From: Tubulanus polymorphus
Taxonomy: Eukaryota > Animalia > Nemertea
Reading direction: 5' to 3'
Assembly (NCBI RefSeq): GCF_964204645.1
Contig: NC_134027.1
Location: 10,820,485-10,884,484, forward strand
DNA length: 64,000 nt
The position numbers and the translations under genes are program-made. Shown piece after piece: positions 39,329-52,176 of the stretch (position 1 is its first letter; every line of letters begins with the position of its first letter). Below the pieces are notes generated by a model. It saw nothing but the letters and a program-made list of their open reading frames with translations. It was not told the origin of the DNA and did not search any database.

Positions 39329-41038
39329 CTAATCCCCGTGAACGGTACTCAGTGAATGGATGATGCATCTTTTGCGCGCAAATCGTCGCAGGCATCTCAA
39401 CTTCCAAAACCACCTCGTGAACCTCTCTTCGATCAGAATAGCGACGTCCAATCGGCGTAGATTCTGAACGAAATTTCTCATTTCGCATGTATTCGCGGTA
39501 GCTTCTACTGACATAGCGGCAATCAAGTAGTTAATGAGTAAAAGTGAAGCCATGTAAAAATATATGACGTAGGCGACTCCGATGTGCAAAGGCGGGTCAC
39601 TCGTGAAATTCAGGCTACCGTTCTCGAGAAAAAACATTTTCAAAATTCCTGTTGCAACATCGCTGAAGTCGACCGTTGTTTGAGATTGGGAGAAGAAATG
39701 ATAAAACACAACCTTGATGAATAGGCTTATGACCATGAACTGAAGCAGAACTTCGATCATCTTTCTCAAAACGATAACGAACGGCCCGATGTACGGAAAT
39801 AACTCGATCATGTACATAAAACTGACGATAGCCATTGGTAAATACAAACTCTTGAAAAGCAAAAGCACTTGAAAAAGGCTTTTGTTTGTCAACGTTGATC
39901 TAAACATGTAGATGACAATAACGGCAATTAAACAATTCATTACAAGTTGTATATAGCGATAAAAAGGCGTATAAGACAAAAAACGACCTTGTGCTCGCCG
40001 GTGCCTGGTCATCAGGCGGTACTCCTTGTTTGTGACCCGAAAAACTACTTCAATCAGATCGAAGGCGATGAAAATGTACGACATAAACATGAACGTCGCC
40101 AATACGTATGTAACACTCATTCTGCCGCTCGTATTGAAATTGGTGCAAAGTGATTGCTCGAATGTGTCGTTCACTGCACTCTCACCGTCGCAGGTCGGCT
40201 GCCGACTGGAAGAAACCATGAGGAACGTAGACGGATCGATAACCGCTACACAGACGAGATACGCTACACGTATCAGAAACCAAATCGATAAAAAGGGCAG
40301 ATTTTTCAGAAATTTGTGACGCACCCAGTTTTTAATGACCGGGCTACGATGCATTCCGTATTTATCTTTACCATCTACATAATCAGCTCCGATGTAACGC
40401 ATGAATCTTAGAGGACTGCGAATTTCTCTTTTCCAATTATTGTTACTTTCGTATTCGGTGAAATCGTACGTTGAGACTCGTTGCAGCCCGTGATCTTTCT
40501 GTGCAATCAAATGCAAACCCGGTGTATTTAAATACGCCATCGTAAGTCCGTACGTAGCGTGATGCATGGCCAATTCTAACGGTCGAAACGCATTCGCATC
40601 TTCGTCCAGCATTAACTGTCTTCTGTCTTCGATTTTAAGGTTTTCGAATATCATTTCAAAAATTTCGATGCACGTGTCTTCCGTGCCGGGAGCCGCTGCT
40701 GAATTTTCGACTAAAACGTGCAAAACATTACGTTCGAGTTTACCTTTCAATTTTACGTCGACGCCATCGGCAATCAGTTGGCGAATGCAAGATTTAGAAC
40801 CGAAAATTACGGCAATAAATAACGCCCTCGAAAAGTCTAGATCGTTCGAAAGTTCGGTTTTCTCGTAGACGAAAGAACCGTTCACGAGATCGATAAACTC
40901 GTCGGAACTGGTTTTCGTTTTGAGCGCCATGTATTCGCCGATGTTGTCGTCCCGTAGAATTTCATACCAAGACGAATATTCTGGCATCGGCAGCAAAACC
41001 GTGTTATCGATTCTACTACGTTTCTTCGCTGATTTCAT
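39329..41038 (-). CDS. divergent TRPV-like ankyrin-repeat ion channel (single coding exon)
   Basis: Ankyrin-like segments (RALFIAVIFG, RNVLHVLV, FRPLELA), TRPV-like linker YDFTEYE, about six hydrophobic helices, S6-like LLLINYLIAAMS and post-TRP ILIEER. First ATG is at 41038, just after a splice acceptor at ~41058-41070; upstream coding exons cannot be excluded. Confidence 0.8.
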   Translation of the reverse strand: MKSAKKRSRIDNTVLLPMPEYSSWYEILRDDNIGEYMALKTKTSSDEFIDLVNGSFVYEKTELSNDLDFSRALFIAVIFGSKSCIRQLIADGVDVKLKGKLERNVLHVLVENSAAAPGTEDTCIEIFEMIFENLKIEDRRQLMLDEDANAFRPLELAMHHATYGLTMAYLNTPGLHLIAQKDHGLQRVSTYDFTEYESNNNWKREIRSPLRFMRYIGADYVDGKDKYGMHRSPVIKNWVRHKFLKNLPFLSIWFLIRVAYLVCVAVIDPSTFLMVSSSRQPTCDGESAVNDTFEQSLCTNFNTSGRMSVTYVLATFMFMSYIFIAFDLIEVVFRVTNKEYRLMTRHRRAQGRFLSYTPFYRYIQLVMNCLIAVIVIYMFRSTLTNKSLFQVLLLFKSLYLPMAIVSFMYMIELFPYIGPFVIVLRKMIEVLLQFMVISLFIKVVFYHFFSQSQTTVDFSDVATGILKMFFLENGSLNFTSDPPLHIGVAYVIYFYMASLLLINYLIAAMSVEATANTCEMRNFVQNLRRLDVAILIEERFTRWFWKLRCLRRFARKRCIIHSLSTVHGD

Positions 41039-44000
41039 ATTTTTCGGAGTGTCAATCTGAAAAAAAAGAACGGTCGCTTGATTCTTCGGACACAACCTGC
41101 ATAATGGTAATCAATTTTAAAATTTTAAACTGACTCGTTTAAAAACTGTGTATCCTATAGGGCATTTTTAATTACGTATATGGAGTATGGATTTTTCTAG
41201 GAAAACGATGGGGGAACGAAGGGAAAAAATGAAAATCAGAAATTTGATAGCCGTTTGAAAAGGAAGGGAATTGAAAAAGAAATAAGAATTTTGCGACGTG
41301 TATTTCCCACAAAACCTCAGAAGGACTGCAGATAACAATTAAATGAAATTGCGATGAATTCAATTCCAACGATGCCAAACAAACGAAACAGCTAACTTTT
41401 CTGCAAATCACGAGATCGAATTTCAAGATGAACATAACTTTCTGCAGGTTACTAGATTGAAAATCAAGACGGACACAACGAAAACATTGTAACATTGTGA
41501 TGAAAACACGGATACTGATAGACCTAACTTAAAAAACCCTTCATTTTCCACTGATTCTCAAATCGGTATCCGGTCAACTCGGTGAAAAAAATAGAGGGTT
41601 TGAGATCTTCTCCGAAATCGAGTCAAGTCTGACGTGTGGTCATCTGAATCCCGTTACATAGATTTGAGTTAGAGTAAACTCTGAATTGAAATCAGTTCAT
41701 TCTCCAAAATCCAAATCCCAACCTCAAATCGCGGACCCAGTGGTGAAAAATTCGCGCCGCGTAGGGAGATTAGAGCCCGCGGATCATATTGGGTATCATA
41801 ATAATAGCACCACTACTGGAAATTATAGGGTATTCGAAAATACACTCAAATCCGTCTTAAAACGGAGCCCCGGAGGTGACGCATTTAAAAAAAGATTTTT
41901 TTTTTGTCGTGGGGACGAAAAAAATCTTTTCGTGGCCACGAAAAGTTTATTTCTCATCATGTCACTTCCTTGCTCCGGAAGTAATTTTCAAAATATCGAT
42001 GTATTAAATTAGGCAGCCAACACAATTATCAATTAACCCCAATCGGTCCAGGCTGTTTGGGAGATTGTTTGAATTAACCGGAACCACAACTTCTAATCGT
42101 GTATTCCGCTTCTGTGAATTCGGAATGCTATAAATTCGACCGCCGCTCACGTCAGCTATATCTGTAATTCGATTTCTGATTTCAAAATCAAACCCCCTGT
42201 TTCGCTCCCGGCAGGTGTGGTTGCTTTGTAAGGGGCACCATCAAATCAAAACAAATCAAATGAAATCTACCAATCAAATAAATAACATGGCGAGTCCCTA
42301 TCATTAAGATTTAAAAAAAAAACAGTAGCGTTGAGAGAATAAACGAAAACACACATGAATCAAATGTATCAGCTGAACAATTTTTGGGGGAAAAAACGGG
42401 CCTGAATTGAACAATATCAACTTACTAATGCTTCCAATTTGATATGGTCGTTCTCAATGATCCATTCTGCGCTACGTGATGTCTGCCGGTTCGGTGAATG
42501 AGGATAGATACTCAGATGGTCTGATGAAATTTCATTTTCTGCTGGGTGTATCATCGTGTCAATATTTGAACGTGCTTATCTGCGGTTATATCACGGACTA
42601 AACGTAGCCCGCGATTAGGTTTTAATACTTTCAGATTTCATCAATGATTAATTTCTCATTAAAGCGAAATGCCTCACGTTAAAGCGTTCAGGATGAATTA
42701 ACACCATAATTAGCGTGAAAGCCTAAAACTAAACAAACAAGAATAATAATATTTTTTAAATTCCTGATATTTAAGTTCATGTATCGTTCAATGAAAATAA
42801 GAAACTGATGCAGGGGCAGATCCAAGTTGAGGGTGTCCCTTTAAAATTTCAAGTTGCCCTGGAATTTTATGAGAAAATGAAAAGTAAAATGATTCTTAGA
42901 AAAGTTTAAATTCATAAGCTTGTTCTTTGTGTTGTGCTGTTGCGTTGCGTTGTATTTGCGGTTATAACCCGTCTTTCGAGGGGCTTTTTTGGTTAAATGA
43001 TATCAAGTGCCCTATTTTGGTGTGTGACCCTCCCTATAAGCCTAACCCATCCCTATACACTTCAAGCTGGAACGGCAAAATTCCAGGAAGCGTGTCGTTG
43101 TTATTCTGGATTTAATTGATGCAGAACTGATGAAATAAGTATCTAGAATTGATATCGCCGCATTCGGATAACTTCAGTGATAATCAAAACCCGAAATTTA
43201 CAAACCGCGCAAAACCGGTATGAACGGAATTGTTCATGGGGAATAAATTCATTTCGATCAATCATCGTAAATATATCTACATCATCATTTGATGAGTTCC
43301 TATTGTGCGTGAAATGGTGTCCCGCTGAGGTGTATTAATCTCGTAATGAATTGTAAAAATCCACAAGGGAGACCGTAAAACGTGTACGCCATGCGACGGT
43401 TTTGTGCGAATCCCAAATAAGCTTCGTCCGTTTACTGGAACAGTTCATCAAATTTCGTAGAATTGTGTTCTGTTTATTGCGGGTGCGAACTACGTGTAAA
43501 TGTGGATGAAGGTCGAGTTCTACAGTTCTCGATTAAAGATTTTGACAAACGTTTGAAATTTGAAACCATGTTTTCCTCTCGAAGCAGGGGCGAATTCCCT
43601 GATTTGATTTCTGCGTAAATACACGGGGTTCGGTGCCACATTTATTGGTGAATCCTTCGTATACAGAGTTACAAGGAAGCGTCCGGGGGACACTATTTAC
43701 GAAAAATGAAAATTGTTGTTCTACAGCTCGACGAAAAATCATTTACGATTAATAAAAAGTTTTGCCGATTTCATATCGAGTTATTAACTCAATATGAATT
43801 CAGAAATGTTTTTTTCACTTTTTCATAAATGATGTCCCCAAGACGGCAGTAGGTCTCGACGGAAAATCGCGCAAATTTTCTCATCATATCACAATCGAAA
43901 GGTTCGCCGAAGAAACTCGCCTAGTCTGCCCGAAGCTTTCAATGCCACCCCTTTTACATGTCGTTGATATTGAACATGCGAATACGTTACTCGCACGCCA

Positions 44001-44096
44001 CAGTTGGAGTGATGTGTCACATATTCACCGCTGTTGATTTTGTCAGATAGAAGTCAATCATTACACATAGAAAAAAGCCTTCTTTATTGTACATAT

Positions 44097-47000
44097 TCAT
44101 ATCACATCCTCACTGATTTCAAATTGTTCAAGTTCACTCGGATTTTTCACCCAATTCATTTGGCACATCTGTTGTACATCAGCCCACTTGTTCCTGTAGT
44201 CCGAGACCACTTGCTTTAAATCGTAATAAGTTTTCAATCCGCAATATCTGTAACGAAAAAGCAGCAAAAATTGAATATTATAATACATGTAGTCTCAATT
44301 CAGTTGGAAAATTCAAAATACAGTAAAACATCACTTTAAATCCGGATCACTTGGGAGCAATGCAAATAAATCTGGTTTATGAGATGTGTGGTCTAGATTT
44401 TACATACAATGATGTTCCGGGATGGATCCAGGCTGGAAAAAAGGGATTAACCTCATACAAAAAGAGCACTTCATAGTCATGGATTGCGTCTTGACGAGTG
44501 GTGAAAATTGGTAGGAGGGTTCTCTCATATAAAAAATGTTGGTTCATTTCTATGCAATTTTAGTGCATATTACTACTTTGAGCAGTTCTGTGGACTTTTG
44601 TCATACATCAATTGTTGGGCCGAATTTTCACCTGCCATTTTTAAAAGGGGAGTTACACTGAAAGGGGGTTTTGAACACCCCAAAACCCGCCCTCTGGGCC
44701 TGCCCCTTATGTTTAAGTGGTAATCCAGATCAAGCTGATGTGGATCTAGGTTTTGACTGTATCAATGGGTTCATTGCTGCATTCACCTGTCCAACTCATT
44801 TTGATCATCACCCAAAAAATGTTTCAGCAAAATTCTGAATGTCTTGAATATCTCGTATTTGCATATACTACATCTGAAATGGAAAATGACACCTCAAATA
44901 ATTCTTTTGTTAGTTGGGGTGGTCCAGCTTTGGCATATTGATACCAGCATTAGACCATCCTCCACTGTTCAACTGTCGTAGTCGACCGGGCACATGACAA
45001 TAAGATATACCTAGAAGATGGTTTGTTGATGTTTTTAGCAGTAACACCTAACTTTTTGCCATTGACAGCAACTTCCAACGGTTTTTCGTCAACGTCACAC
45101 CAAATAATAGCTAAAATCACAAAGAGAATGAGTGTTGATGGATTGAGAATACGATCGATAATCAACTAATCATTTGAGTTGAGTAAAACTTGCGCAAGAC
45201 CGGTGTAGAATTCAAATGAAAGTCACAAGTTACATCAGGGCCGTTTAATTAAACAAAGCTAACTTGGAAAATGTAAGAAGTTATTTTATCTCCATGTCTT
45301 CATTACAACATTGACAACAAAACAAGTTCATAATGAAATTATATTGAATTATAAATGATATTGAATGATATTATCAATGATATTTAAATCATATTATGTG
45401 GTACCGGTATATGACAAATTTAGAGTTTTAGCTTGAATGATTGTTTTCAAACTCAACAGTCAAATCAAACAGATTCACTGGAACGCTTAAATTGTTGCAA
45501 CATACAGACTGCAGAGGTTGTTGAAACGCAATAAAGAAGGTAACTTAGTTAAGTCATTCGTGCGTCAATTGAGCTTCTTACAACTGATAATTTGGTTTCA
45601 AAAATTCAAGGAATTGTCGCTGACTTAAACAAGTTTTACCGTATATGGCTTACAACAATTAGAAGGCACCAAATTGTTTCCCGATGATTCGGTACAATTA
45701 CGTCCATCGTGGAATTCTAGTGATGACTGATAAACAGAAGGAAGGTTGAGATGAACACCATTTGTCAGGAATCTGCCACCTATTGCTCGAATAAGAGCTT
45801 CTTTATCGAATGGGCACCTGTAAAACCAGAAACAATCACTTTAGTGAGTATGATGGCAAAGAGACCACTAGTGTGAGAAAACCAAAACATGGCTTCCCGC
45901 CAACATTTTGACCCCAATCAACCGAAAATGCTGTAACTTAAATTTTACAGTCAAAGTCGCTTTAAAGTCATTACGTTCATTACTTACTCAAATGACAACT
46001 TGCACAATGGAAATTGAAAGGGAAATACTGAATCTTAAAAATGATTAACATCATCTAATGAAATCAGCAATTCATTGATGTACCTACATGCCTATCACCA
46101 TTGACGTAAAGAATATAGGCGAGGCGAGAAATTGAGTAAGAAGCGCCCCCTGGACACCGACTATATTCCACCTCGCTAATTTATCGCTACACGACATCGA
46201 AGTCGTGCGTTCTCCGCGGCCTGGCTTCGTCCTCAATAATCCAGTTTTATGATAATCTATCCCGTTACCGAAATCATCGTAATGAATACCGGGTACACAT
46301 TTTGCTCCGGTACGATGTATATCGTCACTCGACGGTCCTATGGCCTGCTCTGTACGGGTTTTTTTCGAGCTAGTCACAACCGCACTGTCAATATTGCTAT
46401 CTGAATGTTTCCGTTTCGATAACCCGTTATCGGAACTAGTCGTTCGAACGTGGCGAACACCGCTGTCTACACTCGCATCTTTCGTTTCAGCAGTTATGAT
46501 TCCAATTTCATGCATTCGCGATTTCAGAAATATGGACCCGTCGCCACCTGTAAAAACGAAATGTCGATATCATCTATACTTACTTTACTCTAACTTTATT
46601 TAACAAACTCAAGGTCACAATGTTGACAATCAGGATCGGTGTAAATATACAAGCGATATTTACATCTCAAATAAACATTTACAGACCAGACCTAGCAACG
46701 TATTGATAACCACATAAGGGACAAAAAAGTAAGTTTTCAGGGAGCAAAAAATGAAGAGTTAGACCAATCTTTAGAGGGACAGTTGAAAATTACTTCACGG
46801 ACAGCAATAGATTTTCTATAGCATCAAAAACTACTAACAGGGAGAGTGGGACTGTCTGACAATCAGGGACAGTAGGCAACTCTGATAGATGGACACCTTT
46901 CAGTGAAACTGAACCCAGGGTGTTCAATGGTATACATTAATTTTTCTGCGCACGCAACTCATTTTCTATTTATTAGTGATTTTCCTGAGAGATTTTCGGA

Positions 47001-48534
47001 AAGTTTTATTTGAAAAAAAATATCAAATTTTCTGATGTTCATTTTATTTCTCACAGACAATATCTTCGGTAATTTTCTGTGCCACTATGAAATAAAGCTC
47101 AACAGCTTTACAATGTTACACTTACAAGGAGTATGACTAGAGAAGAAATGGAAGCGGATTCCTGACTTCAGCTGATAAAGTTTTCTATCAGGCTCCAATG
47201 CGAATATGCTTTCTCCACCGGATATAGATTTTCTCAGTTCTGCGTACAAATATCTGAAATCAGAAAAAAAGTTGCGAATAGTTTATCGATATAGTGCAAC
47301 CATTTTGTCCGGGACCTAGTCCGCAATTGTGAGTTAAGATTCGACCCTAGAGTCAACTGATTGAAAATGAATCTAGACAAATTTGCTTAGTTACCTAATC
47401 AATGATGGTAAGCTTATATAATCGGATTGTCTTAAAATGTGAAAATAGCCAGGCAAAGACATCTTCAGGGCTTCAGGGTTCTACATCTTGCCAACAGTTT
47501 CAAACTAGATCCAAAATATTCTTCAATAAAATCAAGTCATATGAAACTTTTATACGCACCGAATAAATGCCTTTCTAGCAATCACTTCAGCGTGGCTATC
47601 ATTGATGACATCGCCTAAAAAAGATTAAAAGTTATTTCTTAATAGGAAAGGCAGTGGATATTTCACCGTATACGGCTGAGTATTTACCGTACATCATCGC
47701 TGATTTACGCCACACATGCGCACAGAGGTGCGCGACTTACAAAATTCAAGGAAAGTGTGGAGAACAGAGTTAGAGAAAATAGAGCAGAGAGAGCAAGACT
47801 CGAACTCGGGCCAGTAAATTACTAGCCCAGCGTCATACCTCTAGACCACCGAGCTCACTGAAAAGCAACCGAATGTTTGAACTATCTATAGTACCTCACC
47901 TTACCCTAATCCAATCCCTAGGGGTAAAACAGAACCCTCTAGACCCTCTTCTCACCCTCTCGACACAAACCCTATCGAAACCCTAAACCCAATATTATGA
48001 TTTTATTGTTACTTTTATTAGTTCATGTAAAAATGTACGGTAAAATAGCGGAAGTAAATACTTTGCCGTGTACGGTTAAATATCCACTTCGTATAGGAAA
48101 TAAGACCTACTTAAGCATGTTGAGTCAAAGCGAATCTGGTTTGAATTTTCAAGGCAATCATGAACTAACCTTTGCCACTTAATTTAGATGGACTTATACA
48201 TTTAGTGCCGGTACCGAGTGCTAAAACTCTATAATCATTCTTCCCATCTAAAAAAAGTCAAGAAGAGATTGACAGTCAATAAAATAAAAGCTGAAAAGTA
48301 CCGGTAGTCATAATAAAATTTTGTCTTTGCATTACAGGACCCATTCAGAGTCTTACCAATCATTGAATTTTCGAGCACAATTGCAGCCATCACAGTCCAT
48401 TCGACACCTTTCTGAGGTTTCCCTTTCTTTGGTAGTGAGGCATACTTCCTCAAACATATTCCAGCAATGAGATCGGCAAATGAGACACCATCAACCATTT
48501 CTGTTGCCGAAACAATGGTACGAAGTACCTTCAT
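44097..48534 (-). CDS. ADAT1: tRNA-specific adenosine deaminase 1 (A37 of tRNA-Ala), 9 exons
   Basis: Exons 48534-48357, 48247-48170, 47614-47560, 47253-47126, 46547-46088, 45817-45654, 45110-45011, 44873-44787 and 44247-44097 splice in frame. Motifs: [54 protein letters not shown]. No dsRBD, so ADAT1 rather than ADAR. The start could be the second ATG (48498). Confidence 0.93.
47653..48088. mobile_element. intronic TIR element carrying a tRNA-like segment
   Basis: Inverted termini AGTGGATATTTCACCGTATACGGC / GCCGTGTACGGTTAAATATCCACT. Minus strand 47856-47791 has Pol III A-box-like (TGGTCTAGAGG) and B-box-like (GTTCGAGTC) motifs. Confidence 0.6.
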
Positions 48535-49785
48535 TTACAGCGCTTAAAGTCGTGATCGATGATGGTATTTCAATTGCTTTTATTTACCATAATCGTAAAA
48601 AATGCAGAAAAAAAGTTGAAAAATGTAAGAATAATGAATAAATGCATGAATTGAATTGAATGTGGAGACTCCTGTTGATTTGTTAAGCAACGTCTACTAT
48701 TTTTTTTCATTTGGTCTGGGGTTCGAATCCCTCATAAAGTCCCGCGCGCATTTCACCATCTCTAAGTTAACCATACGGATCCCCGGGGTGAAACATTGGA
48801 AATTGAGTATATTTTCGTGGGAACGAAATAATTTTTTCGTTCGAACCAAATGTTTTTCGTACGAAGGAAATAGCTTTTCTGCTAAGCCCTGGCCATGATG
48901 GTCCCCACCAGATGGAGGTGGTTATAAAACAGTGCCGGTGACAAGTGGTGGAGGTCGATCACGGATATTTGGTTAACACCCCCAATGAAGTATCTCCATT
49001 GAAAATCACCTGACCATAGCCCTTTACGAAGGAGTAAAATTCTGTTCTCTGGAGGCTGGGGTAGTTTGAGGAACGGGGTTATTATTTGGTCATTTTGAAA
49101 AGGGGGTTCTGTCATGGGAAGGCGGGCTTGTATAAAGGCACTTGCCTGGGGCATATGACTGTCTCGAGCGTTGCTTGTCGACAAGCAATGCGACGCCTAT
49201 CGACTCCTACCGACGCAACTGAGAGCAACCGCGATCGCAGCCCAGCTTATGTCGACTGCGCTCCGATTCGCAGCAACTGAGGCCGACTAGCGGGATACGA
49301 GATCCTGCCAGTTGTTTACCTGCTTATGTCGGTTATGATTACTGGCAACCGCAACAGCTCAAATGATCACGTGATATGCATTTTGAAATAAATTTGAATT
49401 ATTTTGAACTATTGCGGAATATATATATTTCTATTAGAAAAGCTATTTCTTTAAGATCGTTATCTTTCTGATTCGGTTTTGAATGTGCAAGCGACATCTT
49501 ATAAAGATGGCCGCTCACACCATAATTCTACCAATTTCGTTTCTAAATCTTCGGTCCAGTCATCTGCGGTGCTGAAGGTTTGGTTTACGTTTTGAACTAC
49601 TTGAATTTGAAAGTTTATGACTAATTACATTAACTAGCGGTCATAATTTGTACTATGTATATGCGGTCTCTTATTGGCTGGAACCCCTGCGCTCAGTTCC
49701 GTCGCGTTGCAGATGAGCTTATGTCGGTTGCGATCGAAAGCAGCTGTCCGTCTACCGTAGGCCGGAGTACAACATGGGCAACTTA

Positions 49786-50194
49786 AGCCCGGCGCACACC
49801 TTTGCGATTGATCGTATGATCGCTTCATCGCATGGTTTTATCGCATCATCGTTAAGGTATGCGGTGGCATCCGGAGCCGATTTCATCGCATCATCGCTTC
49901 ATCGCAACAAATCAAACTTGTTTGATATTTTTGCATGCAATTTTTCCGTGTGATTAAAATCGTAAAGGTGTGCGGGCTACGCTATCGATGTTCCGAACGA
50001 AATTTTTTAGTAGCTAATCAGAATTAAGGATGAAGCAATCGTGATGTTCTAAATGGCGGCCCATTCACGTGATTGAATCCAACTCGAAGCCCTCATAAAA
50101 AATCGCAAATGTATGCGGGGATGATGCGATTTTCATCGTGTCATCGCATGCGATGATACGATGACACGATGATCGCAAAGGTGTGCGCCGGGCT
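49786..50194. mobile_element. PIF/Harbinger-type MITE with TTA TSD
   Basis: TTA | AGCCCGGCGCACACCTTTGCGAT ... ATCGCAAAGGTGTGCGCCGGGCT | TTA: perfect 23-bp TIR with internal CATCG repeats. Confidence 0.85.
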
Positions 50195-50946
50195 TTAGGA
50201 TTTTGATTAGAGCTAATAATAAGTACCGGTAATCCAAACCTTTGCCCACATAATTTAGTTAAAAAGCAACACTTTTCACCATGTTTCCATGTCACGATAT
50301 TTTTCCCCACCAAAAAAGAAGAAAACTGTCACTACATCACCTCCACTACAGTAGAACTGCCCGCATTGAAAAATCTGGTTTGTTTTCACGATCGGGGCTA
50401 ATCAAAAAGCCCATCCGATTTAAGCTTTACCACTTAGGCAGCTACACTAAGTAATGGTACCAAGTTTGTACAAGACCCGCAGTCGGTCAAGTTTCACTGA
50501 AGTCTAACAGATTATCAATGTTTCAAGTCCGAAGTAAAATTCTACTGATTACTGTCACAAACAACACACATAGTGTTTCATCGATGGTCGAGAGTCTGGC
50601 TTCCTGCGTATCAAGAATAAGTCGCATGAATTTCCGAGGCCAAATCATATATATTCCAGGCCATACGCAATTAACACATATATATTGCAAAAGTTAATCG
50701 AAATGACTAAGCACGTCTGCGAACAGTTCCGAATAGGAATCTTAATGTAAATTATACATAATGATGAACTTTATTACTGAAATCTATAATCGATTTAACC
50801 ATAGAACATGTGCCTTCGTATTGTTTTCCTTTCCGGTGGCCTTATTTACACATTTCACGTCTAAATATCAAACGAACGTGCGCCTTAAATGGGAGCGCAA
50901 GTCAATAGAATATAGCACGGCGTGAATTCGGGAAATTCACTCAAAA

Positions 50947-51253
50947 ATGAATACATTAACCAGTCTCGTCGTATTTTTTTACTCTTTATGGATAATAATT
51001 TCCGTAAACTGCCGAGGTGAAAATGGTATCAAATTCGCGAAAGCAAACGTTAGCGCCGAATTCGCGTTGACTTCTTTTAAAACGATAAACGTTCGAGGAC
51101 AAATGTTTTGCGCGTTGTATTGCGACAGAGAAGAGAATTGTACTGGAGAATTGTACTATACAAAAGGAGTATGTAGTTTGTTCGATGATCTGAACATTCA
51201 TACAGCGGGATCCATTGATAACAATATAAGTGTGTACATCAAACAAATATCAG
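50947..51253 (+). CDS. first coding exon of a secreted PAN/apple-like domain protein
   Basis: Hydrophobic signal peptide (MNTLTSLVVFFYSLWIIISVNC), then CALYCDREENCTGELY...GVCSLF (PAN-type C-x3-C-x5-C...C). Donor CAG|GTAGGT at 51253. Downstream exons not visible. Confidence 0.7.
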
Positions 51254-51416
51254 GTAGGTCTACGTTTCGTACATTTTTCTTACCAATGTTAAGAAATAAC
51301 GGTCAGAAATTCTTTCCGATGAGTTTTCTTTCGGCGTGCCATTGTGATCTTATGATAGACCTATGCCCTATTTTGGGGTGCACCCCTCCCTGAATCAGAC
51401 CCTATATCCACCCTTG

Positions 51417-52176
51417 TGAAACGATCTTAAATGTTCGTTCGATCTTAGTGGTCGTCGCTTTCGCTACGATAACTCTGAGTGAAACGGTTTAGTATATATT
51501 TCTTACCTATCGGTATCTCTTGCTACCGATAACCTATTTGTAGACGATTTCCCTAGCTCCTAGAATCCGGGATATAAAAAGTATACTTAACTTAACTCAG
51601 TAGTTTGCCTTTATCTGGTATACTATGATATATGTTTATTCCATTATCCGATATATAATTTCTTCTATGGTGTGGCTACAATCCTATAGTCGACCCGTCT
51701 GATCCAGATCCAATCCCTCGGCTAATCTCCCGTACGATTCCGATCTGATCTCTCGGTTCTCCTCTCTCTACTACTCTACTAGTTCCCGTTCTCCTCTCTT
51801 ACTTGGTCTCGTTCTCCCCGAATCTACTCAACTAACCCTTTTTATCCCCAGAATATCACCCCAAGTCTCAATCCCCTTCCATTGGTTAATTACTAAATAA
51901 ACTCCCCAACATTCTATACAATTATATAACTAAAATACTCTACAAGTAGCGAGATCGCCACTCAAGATCATGGTCTAACCAATGTTTATATAATAATAAG
52001 CCTAATGGATACTAACTAAGAATTGGAACAATGAAGCCTAAAGATGCCAGTTTGAAGGGTCTTGAATGTCGATCTACACTAAATGTCATAAACACAGCAG
52101 ATGTTCTGCCCTAAAGTTACATGAAAATATTTTATAAACAGCATTACTATTTAGCCAAAATAGCTACATCGTAACA
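51417..52176 (-). repeat. terminal (3') LTR, 760 bp
   Basis: Minus strand reads TGTTACGAT...ATCGTTTCA (TG..CA ends, imperfect inverted repeat). CCAAT (51885-51881), GATAAAAA TATA-like box (51846-51839) and AATAAA (51640-51635) occur in U3-R-U5 order. Confidence 0.9.

Noticed and set aside
47791-47856. functional tRNA gene
   Set aside because: A and B boxes are present, but there is no complete acceptor or anticodon stem; treated as repeat-derived.
51254-51393. C-terminal part of the 148-aa ORF 50947-51393
   Set aside because: Probably intron read-through past the CAG|GTAGGT donor; the end runs into repeat-like sequence.
51415-51416. LTR boundary at TGTGAAAC (51415)
   Set aside because: Internal LTRs read CCAGTGAAAC. 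A boundary at 51417 gives TG..CA ends in all copies, a better inverted-repeat match and a 1-nt gap to the PBS.
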